The notes beneath the pieces were generated by a model that saw nothing but the letters and a program-made list of their open reading frames with translations, was not told the DNA's origin and did not search any database. A stretch of 61,582 bases of DNA, the filler included, from Piptocephalis cylindrospora (taxonomy: Eukaryota): NCBI GenBank assembly GCA_003614145.1. It is 4 parts of 4 records of this genome, joined end to end, with 100 filler letters (N's around TTAATTAATTAA, not from the genome) between each part and the next. Parts side by side here need not be neighbours in the genome. Positions count along the whole stretch, not along the records: positions 15,565 to 30,845 come from KZ987900.1; positions 30,946 to 46,219 come from KZ987901.1; 2 more parts are not named here. One strand, given 5' to 3'. Positions 30,001 through 42,135 of this stretch are shown here, piece after piece. Positions within the stretch are counted from its first letter, which is position 1. Each line of letters opens with the position of its first letter. Position numbers and translations under genes: made by a program.

Positions 30001-30661
30001 GAGTCAAGCCCTTCGGTTTGAGTTGACCAAGTCGCTTGTCATGATGGTGGGCGGGGATGGCGCTCCCACCATGACTCAACGTTTACCTGTAAGTGACTTC
30101 TTTGCGAGAAACGAGCTATACTTGAGAAGGGAATATTGGCCACTCCGCCCGTCATATCAAATGCCCTGACCAATTGTCATCTATAATATGGCCTAGGTGG
30201 ATACCGTGAGCGAATCCCTGTATCAGAGATGCCCCGTCCTCTATGCCCAGGATCGACTTGGTCTCATCAAGGTACTTCAGCGTCTTTGAGTGATGGTTAT
30301 TCCGCGGTGGAAAGGAATTAGTGCAATTCGCTCATGTAACCATTACTTTATTTATGTCTTTTACCAAGGGCAATGAGCATCTGCAGCAAGCTCTGGCTGC
30401 TCAGGATGGTATGGAGGTAGATCGGCTACTCACCATGGCCCTTCGGTAAGACTATTATTTCCAATCCATGATGGAGGAGGCATGTTTCTAGGGTGGTATC
30501 TTTGAAAAGAGCCTCTAGGGGACAGAGCATACCTGATCTCTTGTTTCTCATCTCTACCCACATTTTCCCTATAGGCACTACACCTTATCTTTGGATCAAA
30601 TGGATCTGTCCGAGTTGATCCGGGTAACAAATTGCTTCAATGCAAAGAATTTTCACATGGG
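27068..30661 (+). CDS. NUP170: Nucleoporin Nup155/Nup170 family, multi-exon, 3'-truncated by contig end
   Basis: MGLMPEINRAWISIDQRLFLWNY, VATPVEIVLLGV, YQTEGQWFSRKC, NELYTQF, YSARHQGLVLYISRILRPIW; GT-AG introns. Confidence 0.9.
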
Positions 30662-30845
30662 TATGCCGTTGATTTTTCTTACCTTACCCCCCAAAGACAA
30701 ATACTTACCCCCTCCCCCCCCCCCCCCCTCTTCCCCTCCACAATTTCTTGGTTTTAAGAACCCTTGGCCTACTTTTAAAAAAGGCCCCCTCCCCCCTAAA
30801 CCCCTCGGCACGCCGCCCAAAGACGCGGGAGGGGGAGGGGGGAGT

Positions 30846-30945
30846 NNNNNNNNNNNNNNNNNNNNNNNNNNNNNNNNNNNNNNNNNNNNTTAATTAATTA
30901 ANNNNNNNNNNNNNNNNNNNNNNNNNNNNNNNNNNNNNNNNNNNN
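30846..30945. other. Artificial contig spacer
   Basis: N44-TTAATTAATTAA-N44. Confidence 0.95.
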
Positions 30946-32045
30946 TACCATGTTGATGGACCCTCAAGGAAATGAAATTCGCTGCAAGGATGGCTAGGGG
31001 TGGAGGGGGAGAAGCCAGTAGGGGAGGGTGTGGTTGTGCTCCTGAGGGGATCTTCAAAGTAGGCACAGCAGGCCCGCACTGTCGACTGTGTGTGTGTGTG
31101 TGTCTCTGTGACGCTGTGGGTGGTGCAGAAAGGGTCCATACTACAAGCCAAGGTCAGCGGCAGATGATGTCTACTGTTAGGATATCCATACTTTGGCCTG
31201 GTATGATCTAAAACTGAAAACTGAATGTGAAAAGGTGCTCTTTTTCACAAGAAGACAGTTGGTAATTGGGCCTTTTTCATAGATACAAGCTCATCCATTG
31301 GTCAGGTATACCTTTCTCCTGTGCGCTTTAACTTTACCCACTGGAGATGTTAAAGGCTTATTCCATGTAAATGTCCAAAAAAGTATACTTAATGCTAAAA
31401 TTCTTAGAAACTCGCAATGTCCTTAGAAATATGGAAAATAGGTTTTCTCAGGAAATCGACCTTGCTAATTTTTGGATTGGTATAGGGCCAATTCATTACG
31501 GAGATACGGAGCGATTTCATGATGGTATCAAGTACAATGGAAGAATTGATTATTTCACTTGTATGAAAAATTCATTATTACCTGCAGTCAGCTGGCTTTA
31601 CTCTGATCTATACTATTATTAAAGAGCTATGCTTGATCCGCTCCAACATTCACCCCCCTAACAAATTGCTCATAATTTGCCTATCTGTTGTTAGTTACCG
31701 TCGCCTCGTTCTCGTAACAGCATGTGAAAAGATAGATGCACACATGCCATCCGCGTGCCTGTGAAAACTACCTGACTAGCACACACCAACCATGCTTTTC
31801 ATAATGCTGACAATAAGGGAATACTAGGAGATGTGTCCATAGAGAGAGTGGAGGCACCAAGACTTCGGACCTTGTTCTTTCCGCCCCTGTCGATCCTTTC
31901 AGGGTCGCTTACTTAAGCTTCCCCACACAGGAGGTCCTTCAGCTCCAACAGACTATTCTTTCCCTTCTTTCAGTTCTTCCAGTTCTGCCAGTTCTGCCAG
32001 TTCTTTTCCTTTCTACGTCTTCAACGCCCTCCCCCCAAGTGCGTC

Positions 32046-33584
32046 ATGCCCTCAGACCTGTCTCCCGCCACAATCGGGCACTATATTGCCTTTGATACCT
32101 ACAACTTTGCTGATGATCCTGACTTTGTAGCTCGACTCGATCAGGTGGTGAGACCATTCTCTGACTCATCCGTGTCTGCTCAAGAGCGGGAACTGGAAGT
32201 TCTACAAGTCATGGTCGAGCACTTTTCTAGGTATAGTCCTCTGCTGTCGTGTCCATCTCCAATGCACCTTTACTCACTCATCCACACACCTCCCCCTCCC
32301 CCCTTTGCGACCAATGCTAATAGTAAAGTCATTCCCATTGAATTGACCGGGTATGTGGAATGGAAAAGGTCAGAGCTCTCGGAGACTCTAACCTCCAGGG
32401 GAGCCTCTGACCAGAGCTCAGAAATGGCTTGTCCTTTTGCCCCCCAGCGGTCGAGTCAGGCCGAGGTGGCTGGTCAAATCCCCGCTGACTTTTGGACTCC
32501 ATCTTCACCCAGCACCCACTCTCTCACCCACTACCATCCACCCTCTCTGGCCCCTAGAGGGGCCTTTTCCAAGCAAAGAGGCCTTCATGTCCTTGTAGCT
32601 TCCGCTGGTTCTACCCCTCGACTCTTTCATCATTTGGCTTCTAGTATACGTCGGTCCGTGAAGGAGTATGCTCACGCCATAGTTCTTCTTCTTCCTTCTG
32701 GTACGAGCCTACCCGAGGGACAGGATTCTATCGAATGGGAAGCAGCCTATCAATCCCTCAGAAATGCCATCCGTGAATGCGGACCCAAAGGACACGATGA
32801 GTCTATTCCTATCCTACTTATCTCCCAAGGCTCCATTCCTGCCCGTCTTACCCCTCTTCTCATCCTGGTGGATTGGCATGTTACCACCACACATTCTACC
32901 CTTTCCCCCTCCCAGTGCCCTAATGAGGCCTTGGCCCCGGTAGTCCAGGGCATCTCCCAGAGTTTCGGCCCCGCCTCCTCCATGGAATCTGTCCTTTCAG
33001 CGGCCCTCTGGGTCCTTTTGTCTCCTTTGGTCACCTTGCGCCCTCCGGAGATGGTTTCTCTGGGCCTCTCCTGTGGATTTATCTTGGAGAATGACATATT
33101 CGCCCTACTGGATCGTCTCATCCTCCTTACTTCATTCCCCGTGGCGTCACCCCAGCTCATCCGGTCTCTCATAACTAGTTACATCACCTCGGAAGCATCT
33201 CTTGTCTCCCCTGGCCTCAGCAAGTATAAAGCAATATCCGAAATGATTAACGAGACCTTTGGGGAAGGTCTGGAATATATTCCTAGGGGTGCATCCGGGG
33301 AGGCATGGGTCAAGGGGGTCAGGGACCGCCTGCACAATAATGAGAGCTCTCCATGGGCAAAGGAAACCCTAGAAGGACTGGATGTACAGGAGAAGAAACT
33401 GGGGCCCAATGGATTGGCCCAATTTGCCTCTAAAGCCATCCATGCCTACCAGAGTCTAGAAAGAGAAAAATTCCCTTTGCCCGAAACCGACCTCAAGGAA
33501 GAATCGATTGATGTAGATACCAAGTATGTCGAGATCAAAAGGACACTCCAGGCTATGCGCACATGTCCTGTGATGCATGGGTGA
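32046..33584 (+). CDS. Hypothetical protein: PEX14-like HTH (HTH_76)-like N-terminus, degenerate crotonase-like region and Cys-Pro motifs; probable in-frame intron at about 32231-32323
   Basis: 512-codon ORF; FDTYNFADDPDF..HFSR..IELTGYVEWK; MACPF and terminal TCPVMHG. Domain calls are from memory of family patterns. Confidence 0.6.
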   Translation: MPSDLSPATIGHYIAFDTYNFADDPDFVARLDQVVRPFSDSSVSAQERELEVLQVMVEHFSRYSPLLSCPSPMHLYSLIHTPPPPPFATNANSKVIPIELTGYVEWKRSELSETLTSRGASDQSSEMACPFAPQRSSQAEVAGQIPADFWTPSSPSTHSLTHYHPPSLAPRGAFSKQRGLHVLVASAGSTPRLFHHLASSIRRSVKEYAHAIVLLLPSGTSLPEGQDSIEWEAAYQSLRNAIRECGPKGHDESIPILLISQGSIPARLTPLLILVDWHVTTTHSTLSPSQCPNEALAPVVQGISQSFGPASSMESVLSAALWVLLSPLVTLRPPEMVSLGLSCGFILENDIFALLDRLILLTSFPVASPQLIRSLITSYITSEASLVSPGLSKYKAISEMINETFGEGLEYIPRGASGEAWVKGVRDRLHNNESSPWAKETLEGLDVQEKKLGPNGLAQFASKAIHAYQSLEREKFPLPETDLKEESIDVDTKYVEIKRTLQAMRTCPVMHG

Positions 33585-34287
33585 TGATTAGAGTAGGGGG
33601 TATGATATGTGTAGATGGGTCAATTTCTGATTAAACACTGTAAACAGATATTGATCGATTGTAATTTCCACCCGCTGAAGGTACGTGAAACCTGATGGGG
33701 CACCAAGATGACAACCTGCAGAGTTATACCAAGCATGATGGTTTAGTACGTCGGTTATGAACGACACGTCCTTATCCCATGTTTACTACAGGATGAAAAA
33801 GGCATCATTAAACTATTTTATTCAGTTTTCAAGTAGATCAAAATACGCCCTCATCCTCCCATCTTGATTGAGAAGCATCACATACTGGATTTCTATCAAG
33901 GGCATCTCGAGTATATATTGTGCGTGTTGACATGATGATTTCTTAATGCTATATGTTCATATAGTAGTATTTAGAATAAGATGCATGTGGCTATAAAGAT
34001 AATGTCTTATTCAAGATCCATCGGCAGTGACACACTAGGAATAGCGCTATTTCTTTCATCCATGAACCATATCGCCTCTGTCCACTAGATCGCATAAAGA
34101 GCAATGATGTTCATTTCAATCCGAAATGCATTCCTACATCCAAACTATCCAGTCAAATACAGACACACAAGCACGCACACACCCATCCATTCACTCATGA
34201 TGCCGAGGGGATTAAAGGGGAGAAAAAAAAGGGAAGAAAAGAGACATGAGGGAGGAGAGGTAAAGGTTCTCTCCTTTTCTTGCTCCG

Positions 34288-36105
34288 TTAAAACGGATCA
34301 CTAATGACCATCCCTGGGGCCAAGGGATCCGCCGGTGATCGCTTTCCATGCCGTGGACTAGGTGGAACGGGGGCAGGAGATGCTGGAGGGCTGTAGTAGA
34401 CGGATGTGGGGGAGGGAGGGAGGGACACGGTGAGGGGGAGTGAGTAGGGATCAGGGTGATCGGAGCGTAGAACGGGTGGTCGAGGCAAATCCCTTGGGAA
34501 TGGGTTGAGATAAGCGAGGGAGGAGGGCCGTCCCTTACCCCTTTTACCCGAGACTCGGGAGGAATCGCGGGCACTATTGCTCCTACCCACTTCGCAAGCA
34601 CTGGGGACCACTGCCCAGGAGGGATTGGCAAAGGGGAAGGGGGGTCTGGAGGGATCGGATCGACGTCGAAGCCCTTCAGAGGGAGTCTCGGGCCACCCTT
34701 CCTCAGGCCCAGAGCAAGTCTCATGTTCCAAGGGATCCCCTAAGGTGACGACCACCTGGATGGGATCGACTCGAGAGGCTCGACGAGAACTCGGGACAGA
34801 TCGGGTGGCTCGTTCACCCGCCAAGGATGCTGCCACGGCCATTTCACATGTCGTCATGGCATGCCCATCATAAACAAAGGGGGGTGCTGCATGATTGACC
34901 TGTTCCTGTGACGACAATCCGCTTTCCCGGGAACCTCCTTCCTTGGTTCCGACCCTTCTCCTTCCCCCCTCCTCCAAATCCTTCTCCTCTCCCTCGGTAG
35001 CACTCCCTTCTTCCTCTTCCTCGTAGAAACTCAGGTCTGGTTCGTGCCCTTCCCAGGAAGGATGATTCCGGGAATGGGTCCAAGATGCAGAGGTCCTTGG
35101 ATCCGATTGACTCATGGATGTGACCCTTGGGAAGGAGCCTACGGGAAAGATGGTGGTCCCGTGAAGACGACCAGCCCCCAAGGAGCCCTTTTTATCTCCC
35201 GAGGTTGAGCCTGATCCAGCGGAGCTGCGGGCAAAGTGAACATAGACAATGAAGTTGACTAGGCCCCTGGCCGGGGAGACCAAGGCCATGGCGAGATAGA
35301 GAGGAAAGGAACGTTCGTGGGGACGCAGAACAATGTAAAGGCGGTTAAAGGAGCTAGGAAAGCCACAAATGAGAAAGGCGAGGAGATAGAAAGAGGTATT
35401 GCGGAAATAGGTGGTCTTGTAGGAGGGGGTGGAGTCACGGGCATGAGCGATGGCTTTATCGGTTCTCCAGACCACTCGGCCGACGAGGAGGAAGGCGCTA
35501 AGGTTGACAGTGAAGATGAGCCACATGGGGATGTAGTAGAGGATGGCACGGACGACGGGGAAGGCGTCAGGGATCCAGCAGTAGAGGGTAGCATCGCCAT
35601 ACCCAGAGATGACAGTACCATTTGGCTGGATGCCACGGACAAAAAGGGGGATGAGGGCCAGGACAGCGGGAAAGCCATAGCAGAGGAGGGCGTAGCGATA
35701 TTCGAATTTTTGGATGCTATTGACTCCCTGACGCAGATACATGATAGCCAGGAGGTTGACAGCGATAGTCATAGTCCAGAGAACGGAGGAGAGGTCGGAC
35801 CACTGGATCAGGGCAGCCTGTGCCTGGCAAGCGGCACCATTGGGGGATGAGGAGATGTAGGAGGGTGAGTGGCCAAAGGCCTTGCATGAGGAGGAAACTA
35901 GATCAGCCACGGCCATAGCAGCGACAATTCTGGATACGGCAGATTTTTGCAGGGCGGGGATACGAACAAAGGTGATGAGAATGAGGAGGGCGCCGATGAT
36001 ACCCAAGCAGGAGGAAATAAGGACAGCTGTGTAGAGGATGGCGTCCTGGGAAGATGTGAAAGGATGTTGAGTGTATCCCACATAACGGATAATGGTGAAG
36101 GACAT
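34288..36105 (-). CDS. cAMP-receptor-like (CAR/CRL) 7TM GPCR with long disordered C-tail
   Basis: Seven hydrophobic segments; MAVADL, CQAQAALIQW, SVLWT..IAVNL, YGDATLYCWI, YYIPMW, PARGLVNFIVY. Confidence 0.88.
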   Translation of the reverse strand: MSFTIIRYVGYTQHPFTSSQDAILYTAVLISSCLGIIGALLILITFVRIPALQKSAVSRIVAAMAVADLVSSSCKAFGHSPSYISSSPNGAACQAQAALIQWSDLSSVLWTMTIAVNLLAIMYLRQGVNSIQKFEYRYALLCYGFPAVLALIPLFVRGIQPNGTVISGYGDATLYCWIPDAFPVVRAILYYIPMWLIFTVNLSAFLLVGRVVWRTDKAIAHARDSTPSYKTTYFRNTSFYLLAFLICGFPSSFNRLYIVLRPHERSFPLYLAMALVSPARGLVNFIVYVHFARSSAGSGSTSGDKKGSLGAGRLHGTTIFPVGSFPRVTSMSQSDPRTSASWTHSRNHPSWEGHEPDLSFYEEEEEGSATEGEEKDLEEGGRRRVGTKEGGSRESGLSSQEQVNHAAPPFVYDGHAMTTCEMAVAASLAGERATRSVPSSRRASRVDPIQVVVTLGDPLEHETCSGPEEGWPETPSEGLRRRSDPSRPPFPFANPSWAVVPSACEVGRSNSARDSSRVSGKRGKGRPSSLAYLNPFPRDLPRPPVLRSDHPDPYSLPLTVSLPPSPTSVYYSPPASPAPVPPSPRHGKRSPADPLAPGMVISDPF

Positions 36106-37748
36106 GCTACAGGAGGTAAGGGGAGAGGATCTAGGGAAGGGGACAAGTGAGCTGGGAGAGAATAGGGTAGAATGAGATGATAGAGCCTTACCCTAACAGA
36201 CACTAAGATGGACGGACCGGAGTGTGCCGGGTTTTGAAAGAAAAAAATTGGGCGAGGGAAGGGGCGGAAGATACGTTGGGACAGATCAGATGTTATTGAG
36301 AGGAGAAGGAAGGGAGCGAGGGAGAAAGGGAGGGTCTTTACGGTGATAAAGTATAGAGCGAACGGCGAGCGAGATGAAATGAGGCGGGAGGCAGGAAGGA
36401 GGAGGAATCGAAGAGGGGGAATAAAGAGACCTGATCAGAAGGATGAGCCAATCGATTGGATAATTGGTAGTTAAACTAAGAAGTTGGTCAGGCAATGTGA
36501 TGTCAACAAAGGGTGCATACCGTTAGTCACGACGGAATGGGGGAGAGGAGGCTCAACACAGCTGACGAGGCGGACGTTCAGGGAGAAGAGATGGTGATGA
36601 AGGGAGAAAAGACGTTAAGAAGAAGTGGGTCAGGCGCAAGACGGAAACGTAAAGACGCTGGCGACTGAGATCGGTGAGGGGAGAGGAGGCGAGGTGAGGC
36701 CGAATGTCCGTTATCACCTTTCTCTTGTCGTAAGTCCGGTTTCAGGGGAAGGAAAGAGGAGGGTCGAGTAAGGTTGAAAGAGGGGAGGGGGGGGGAGGGT
36801 TAAATAGAGGAAAAGAGAAAGAAGGGAGAAAGAGGGCTAGAGACTTTGGAATGATTGGGATCAAGCAAGATGAAATAAAAAGTCGAGGTGACATAGGGAT
36901 GTCGGAGATGGAAAGGGTCAAGGGAAAGCGGGGTTTGTGGGATGGCAGATGTTGAGTGGACAAACCGTCATTTCTGGCCGAAGAACGGATCGGAGTATGA
37001 AGGATGGTGATTGATTAGGAGACGGCGAAGAGATCAGGGAAGAAATCTATGGTTGAATTGTGGAGGGAGAGGAGGAAGAAAAGGGCTCACTTACGAGGCG
37101 TTATCGCGTCTTAAAGGCAAGGAGCACATAAGGATGTTTCGGGCTTGGTGAGAGAGTTGCTAAGGATACAATACGGCAGCTCACCAGAAATAAATGATAC
37201 ATCAAGCCTGAAGGGAATGAATGAAAGCAAGCGAGTCTGTCTCATGCTCTGGGACTCTTCATCACAGATGTACCTTGCTACACTGCATTACCAGCTGTTG
37301 CTTAAACTGAGCAAGGGAGGTGAATAATCTAGTAAGTCCTTCCCGAATACCCTTTCTTGACATGTCAAGCTCACCACTGCCTGCAAGCGAGTGTGTGTGG
37401 TGCTTGGAATGGTCTCTCGCCACGATGTTCCCTGCATCACGCCAGATGTTGATGACTGATGTGTCTCGTTTGACTTTTCTATTCCCTTCTCACATATGCA
37501 TAGGGGGATGAGGGGATTCCGTCCTCTTTAGATGCTACCCTGAAAGTGTGAATGGACGCATGGAGACTGAGGGAAGGTGACTGACGAACGATGGTTCCGT
37601 CCGCTTCTGGAAGAGCCTCTTGATGATCGAGAACGCGTAGAAACAGGGAGTAAAGGATGCTTTCCTACAAAACAAGACACACACATACACTCACGCACAC
37701 ATATGGATGGACCCCGCGGTTGCATTCCGTCGGGGCTTTACCTAGCCA

Positions 37749-38822
37749 TTAGATCCGAATGGTCCATCGTCGATTGGAATCGGGGCTCTCCTTTTGCTGG
37801 GCGTCGGGTTCCATCCCCTCGATGGCCCCACTGGGCTCACTCTCCATGTCCCTGGGGGTGCGAGGCTGGCCCTCCGAATCACTAGGGAGGATGCGGGTGG
37901 AAGGAGCATTTTGGGAAAAGGGCGGGGGAGGACGGGTCCTCCAGGAGACGAAAAAGTAGACGATGGCCGAGGTGAGACCACGAATGGGGGAGATGATAGC
38001 CATAGCGAGGGCCAGACCAAATATGGGAGAAGCGTTTGGGAAGAAAAGGGAATGAGCGCGGAAAATGGTAGAGGGGGCCCAGGTGATGAGGTAGATGAGG
38101 ACGTAGAGGGAGGTGTTTTTCCCGTAGATGAACCTTTTTTGCTCACTGATGCCACGAGCCCTATGACGCTGGACCGAGGCAGTCTGACGCCAGAGGATGC
38201 GACCGACAAAGAGGTAGATGAAGAAGTTACCGAGGAAGATGGTCCAGAGAAGGGCGTAGAAGAGGAGAGTGCGAGCCAGGGGAAATTTAGGGCTGATCCA
38301 GCACCATAAGTCAGCTTCACCGTACATGGGAAAGTAGCGACCAGAGACGGGATCATGATCGCCGAGAAAGAGAGGGGCGACGGCAAAGGGAATAGGGACG
38401 AGGTAGCAGATGAGGATGTACCACCTTTCCCAAGACTTGACGGTCTCGACGGTCTTGCGAAAACACATGACCATGAGGAGGTTGAAGCTGATGGTGGCGG
38501 TCCAAAGGACCGAGGATACATCGCCCCAGGACATGAAGGCACCCTGGGCCTGGCATAGGGGGCTCAAGGCCCCACGATCTGGGCCAGCGCGACCTATGGT
38601 CTTGGCCGTAACGGCCACAAGATCAGCAAATGCCATACATAGGACTAGACGACTAAGAGTGGTACGAAGGGTGGGGATGAAGCTGTACCCGAGGATGGTG
38701 GAGAGAGCTCCGATGATGCCTAGGGTCCCAGTGATAGGTACGGTATAATGAATGATCCTTTGTTCATGCTCTGACAAGTACGCCCCCGACCCGAGATGGT
38801 ATGGGAAGGGTGTTATGGACAT
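37749..38822 (-). CDS. cAMP-receptor-like 7TM GPCR, paralog of 34288-36105
   Basis: MAFADL, CQAQGAFMSWGDVSSVLWT, YGEADLWCWI, FYALLW, SPIRGLTSAIVY; ATG at 38822 preferred. Confidence 0.88.
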   Translation of the reverse strand: MSITPFPYHLGSGAYLSEHEQRIIHYTVPITGTLGIIGALSTILGYSFIPTLRTTLSRLVLCMAFADLVAVTAKTIGRAGPDRGALSPLCQAQGAFMSWGDVSSVLWTATISFNLLMVMCFRKTVETVKSWERWYILICYLVPIPFAVAPLFLGDHDPVSGRYFPMYGEADLWCWISPKFPLARTLLFYALLWTIFLGNFFIYLFVGRILWRQTASVQRHRARGISEQKRFIYGKNTSLYVLIYLITWAPSTIFRAHSLFFPNASPIFGLALAMAIISPIRGLTSAIVYFFVSWRTRPPPPFSQNAPSTRILPSDSEGQPRTPRDMESEPSGAIEGMEPDAQQKESPDSNRRWTIRI

Positions 38823-41800
38823 GACAGGGAAGATGGAGGACGTGGAGGGAGAGAGGGAGGAGGGGAGAGAGGGAGGGAGTGAGAAAGAGAGAGGGAGGGT
38901 AACGGAGGGATCAAGGACACAAGACAAGCTGAAAGAATAGAATAGGAAAGGAAGAAAGATCGTGACACGGATGAGGCTGAGCTAGATGAGCGAAAAGGCC
39001 GGCCAAGAAGATAAGAAAGATCGATCAGGGAAGTAGGAAAGGTCGTGAGTAAGATGGTTGTGTTACGTGAAATCGAATAGGAAGCCACCAAAGAGACGGA
39101 CCGGGAATACCAGGAATGTCGTGTGTCGTCCCGTCCGATATGACGGTGGTAGGGGAGGGAAGGACGTGAGGGGAGAGGGGGGGAGGGGAGAGGAAAAGGG
39201 AGAAAAGCAAGGACTGGGAGTGGCAAGTGTCTGGGTGAGGTGGGTTTAGCCCAAGCGACACAGTAGGGAAAAAGGAACGCAAGGAACCAAGGCATAAAAA
39301 GCCTAGCGTCGGAGCTAGAAGCGTGGGGGCGGAGTCGTAGTCTGGGCCGAGCGGACTCCCCATGCATGAGCAGGTTTATTGGATATCACGAGTCTCCGAC
39401 AGTACCTTCTCCCCAATGGTGCAAGTCGCCCCTGGAGGGACGAAATGTCGATGGGGAGTGTTGGCAATAGATGGACTGACTCTTCCTGACCGGGTGTGTG
39501 GATTTGCAGATGCGTCTCTTTTATATAGTGGCATGTCCAATGCCGGCTATGTGACATGCTGCTCCATATCGGTGGTGGTTTACGTGATGTGTCGAATTGG
39601 AGGTTGCAGATAGATCCTTCTCGTAGAGCACCAATACGTGATAAAACTCGTGTGTGAAAGGAGAAGGACAAGAGCATCAGTGTGCATCCTATTCCCAGTA
39701 ATGATATACAAAAATAGATCTCAAGTCGATGGCCATGAATAAAGGATTCAAAACACTGGTTAACTCGAGCAAATCTTATGACACATACCAAGTCGCATTG
39801 CTGCTTTCCCCATATGCATGGAAGACTCAAGATTCGCTTCTTTGACAGTGTCTAGGACGGGATATCATCTCCCATCATCTGTCTTTACGAAAAGAATCAA
39901 TCCATAATGTCTTCATGGATAGATCATTGCCCGTAGTGAGATGATTGTTTTCTTTCTGAGGAGGGCTATAGAGGGTACGAATGTATTAGTAATCTATGTT
40001 TATCCTATCGTTTTCCATTTCATTGGCGTCTATTCTTTCTGTGTCTCTGGAATGCATTATCCGGGAAGCGTCAAAACCAAACACACCTCACGTCAGGATC
40101 TGGAGAAGAGGAGGCTTACGAATGGCGAGGGATGTGTTGTGCTCCATCGGACGACTAGTTTACTTTCACCGCTCACCAACGGTATCTTGAAGAAGAATTG
40201 GAGAAAGAATGAAGGCACGAGGTTGGAGGGTCGATTCAAGAAGAATTCAGGGATTATCACCTCTAATAAGAGAGCTATCTCCTTTCTGTGTTTTTTACAT
40301 GGACCAATGCCTTTATTACCGAGAGAAGAAAAAGATTAGATGACCGGTAGATACCAGGGTTTCATCTTATCCAAAATAGCGCCATAGCAATCATCATCGA
40401 TGCTTTGGTCAGGAGTCTTCCATCCGACATTGCTTCCATAAATCCAATATTTATTATGGCCCTTTCATCAAGACACTCCACTGATCGCTCAATTTCTCAT
40501 ATTTGGTTTGTTCATCAAGAGGCTCTACAGATCATAGTCAATTCACCCGAGACGATACCCAGGCCATACCTAAAGTACAAACTATGGACATTGATTTGAA
40601 TATTGATGAGGATCAATAAAGGGACAGTCATTGGAAAGAGACCGATAGAGATATGGGAGGAGAGTATAGAAGGGATTGAAAGGGCCATCGAAAATGAAAT
40701 GGCGAGATACCGAGGGCTTCTATCCTCTTTAAACTTGATTTGTAATCAGTGTCGGGAAAAAGAGAGAATATTGATTTTTCCCTGTACATTTCGCTGTCTA
40801 TCATGATGATGATAGCTATTGGCTACTTTTCCCCTGTCGCTAGAGGACTTCCAAGGCTTATTTAGGCAGATGCTGATGATAATATAAGGAGAGAAGAGAG
40901 AAGCCTTTTCCGGACATCCCATCCAGTTGGTACACTAGGCGATGAGGCATAACTCTGTGGAGCATAATGTAGTGTATTTATGGTAAGCTATGATCCAACC
41001 AAGTGAAGGATCAGAGACGTGAAAAAAAAGCAGACAGGGATAAATAAGCCCCACGGGTAAGGAAATCCTAATCCCTGCTCATCGCACCTCTAAAGTAACT
41101 TTCCTGGAACATGCATCCTATGATCATACTATTATAGATCCAGATTTTGCACCCGTATACCTCTTCTAAGTTTCCTAACGCGCTTAAGCCGCCCGATGCT
41201 CCCATGTGAGTATACATAGACACATCCCATACCTTCTCTGAAAGACCTCGTTCTTCCAATGTACATGCACAAAGTGTTCTGTGGTGTTTATTTCAACCGC
41301 TGCTCCTCTGAGGAGAGGCATCCTTTTGTACCTTCCTTTAGCACCAAATCCACGCCTATTTAGAAATTTCTATGGAATGTACATCGTAAGGTATGGCACC
41401 ATTGAGCCTGAGTAAGTAAACAGTGATTAGGTTATGAAATGCAGTGGGCTTCGTCTACAGTCTCATAGATAGAAATGGTTGGGTTGTAAGCCATTACGTA
41501 TTTAACAAAGGTTACTTTAAGCAGTGCAGTGATGTATATACAATCACCGATTTACCAAGAACTGCCCCGTCTTTAGACGTTTCGCGCACTGATGCACCTA
41601 TGCTAATAAAAATAAACAATGTGATATACGACCGATCAAACCACTAGCGCCGTAGCAGTTAGTTAATGAAACTTTGCATAGGGGGCTGAAAAAGGATCAA
41701 GCAAGGGCTGGTTATGGGGTTCGGGTTGGATATGGACTTTTCCTTTGTATATGTGTGGATGGGGAGAGCAACGATAAGAGCACCCTCTTGACCTGGGATG

Positions 41801-41910
41801 TTTACTCTCTCCGAGACACAGGTATTCTTGTCCCATCCTAAAGGTAAACCATTGTCTGCATGATAGCTAGGAATGAACGGGTTGAAATAGCTGTTCCTAG
41901 TAGATGAAAA

Positions 41911-42135
41911 AAGGGTGTGCTTAGCACTTAGCTAAAAGGCCAAAATCGCGCAGCTTGAGCGTACCGCCCTTTAACTGATATTGAGCCGAGAGAGTCCGTT
42001 AAATAGTGCATACTATATTTCCTACTCCACCTTATGCAGTCTTCAATCACGGAAAAGGTATGCTTTGGTGCTCGGTTCAAAGATCAAAATCGCACAATTT
42101 GAGCATACCGCTCTTTAACCGACATTGAGCCGAGA
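41911..42135. repeat. Diverged direct duplication of an ~82-bp unit (41911-41991 and 42053-42135), period about 143 bp
   Basis: CAAAATCGCGCAGCTTGAGCGTACCGCCCTTTAACTGATATTGAGCCGAGA versus CAAAATCGCACAATTTGAGCATACCGCTCTTTAACCGACATTGAGCCGAGA. Confidence 0.85.

Noticed and set aside
30662..30845. C/G-run-rich ORF tail (PPPPPPPSS..GGGGGS)
   Set aside because: Low-quality contig end
41911..42135. CRISPR-like repeat-spacer reading of the duplicated unit
   Set aside because: Only two long diverged copies, eukaryotic context, no cas genes
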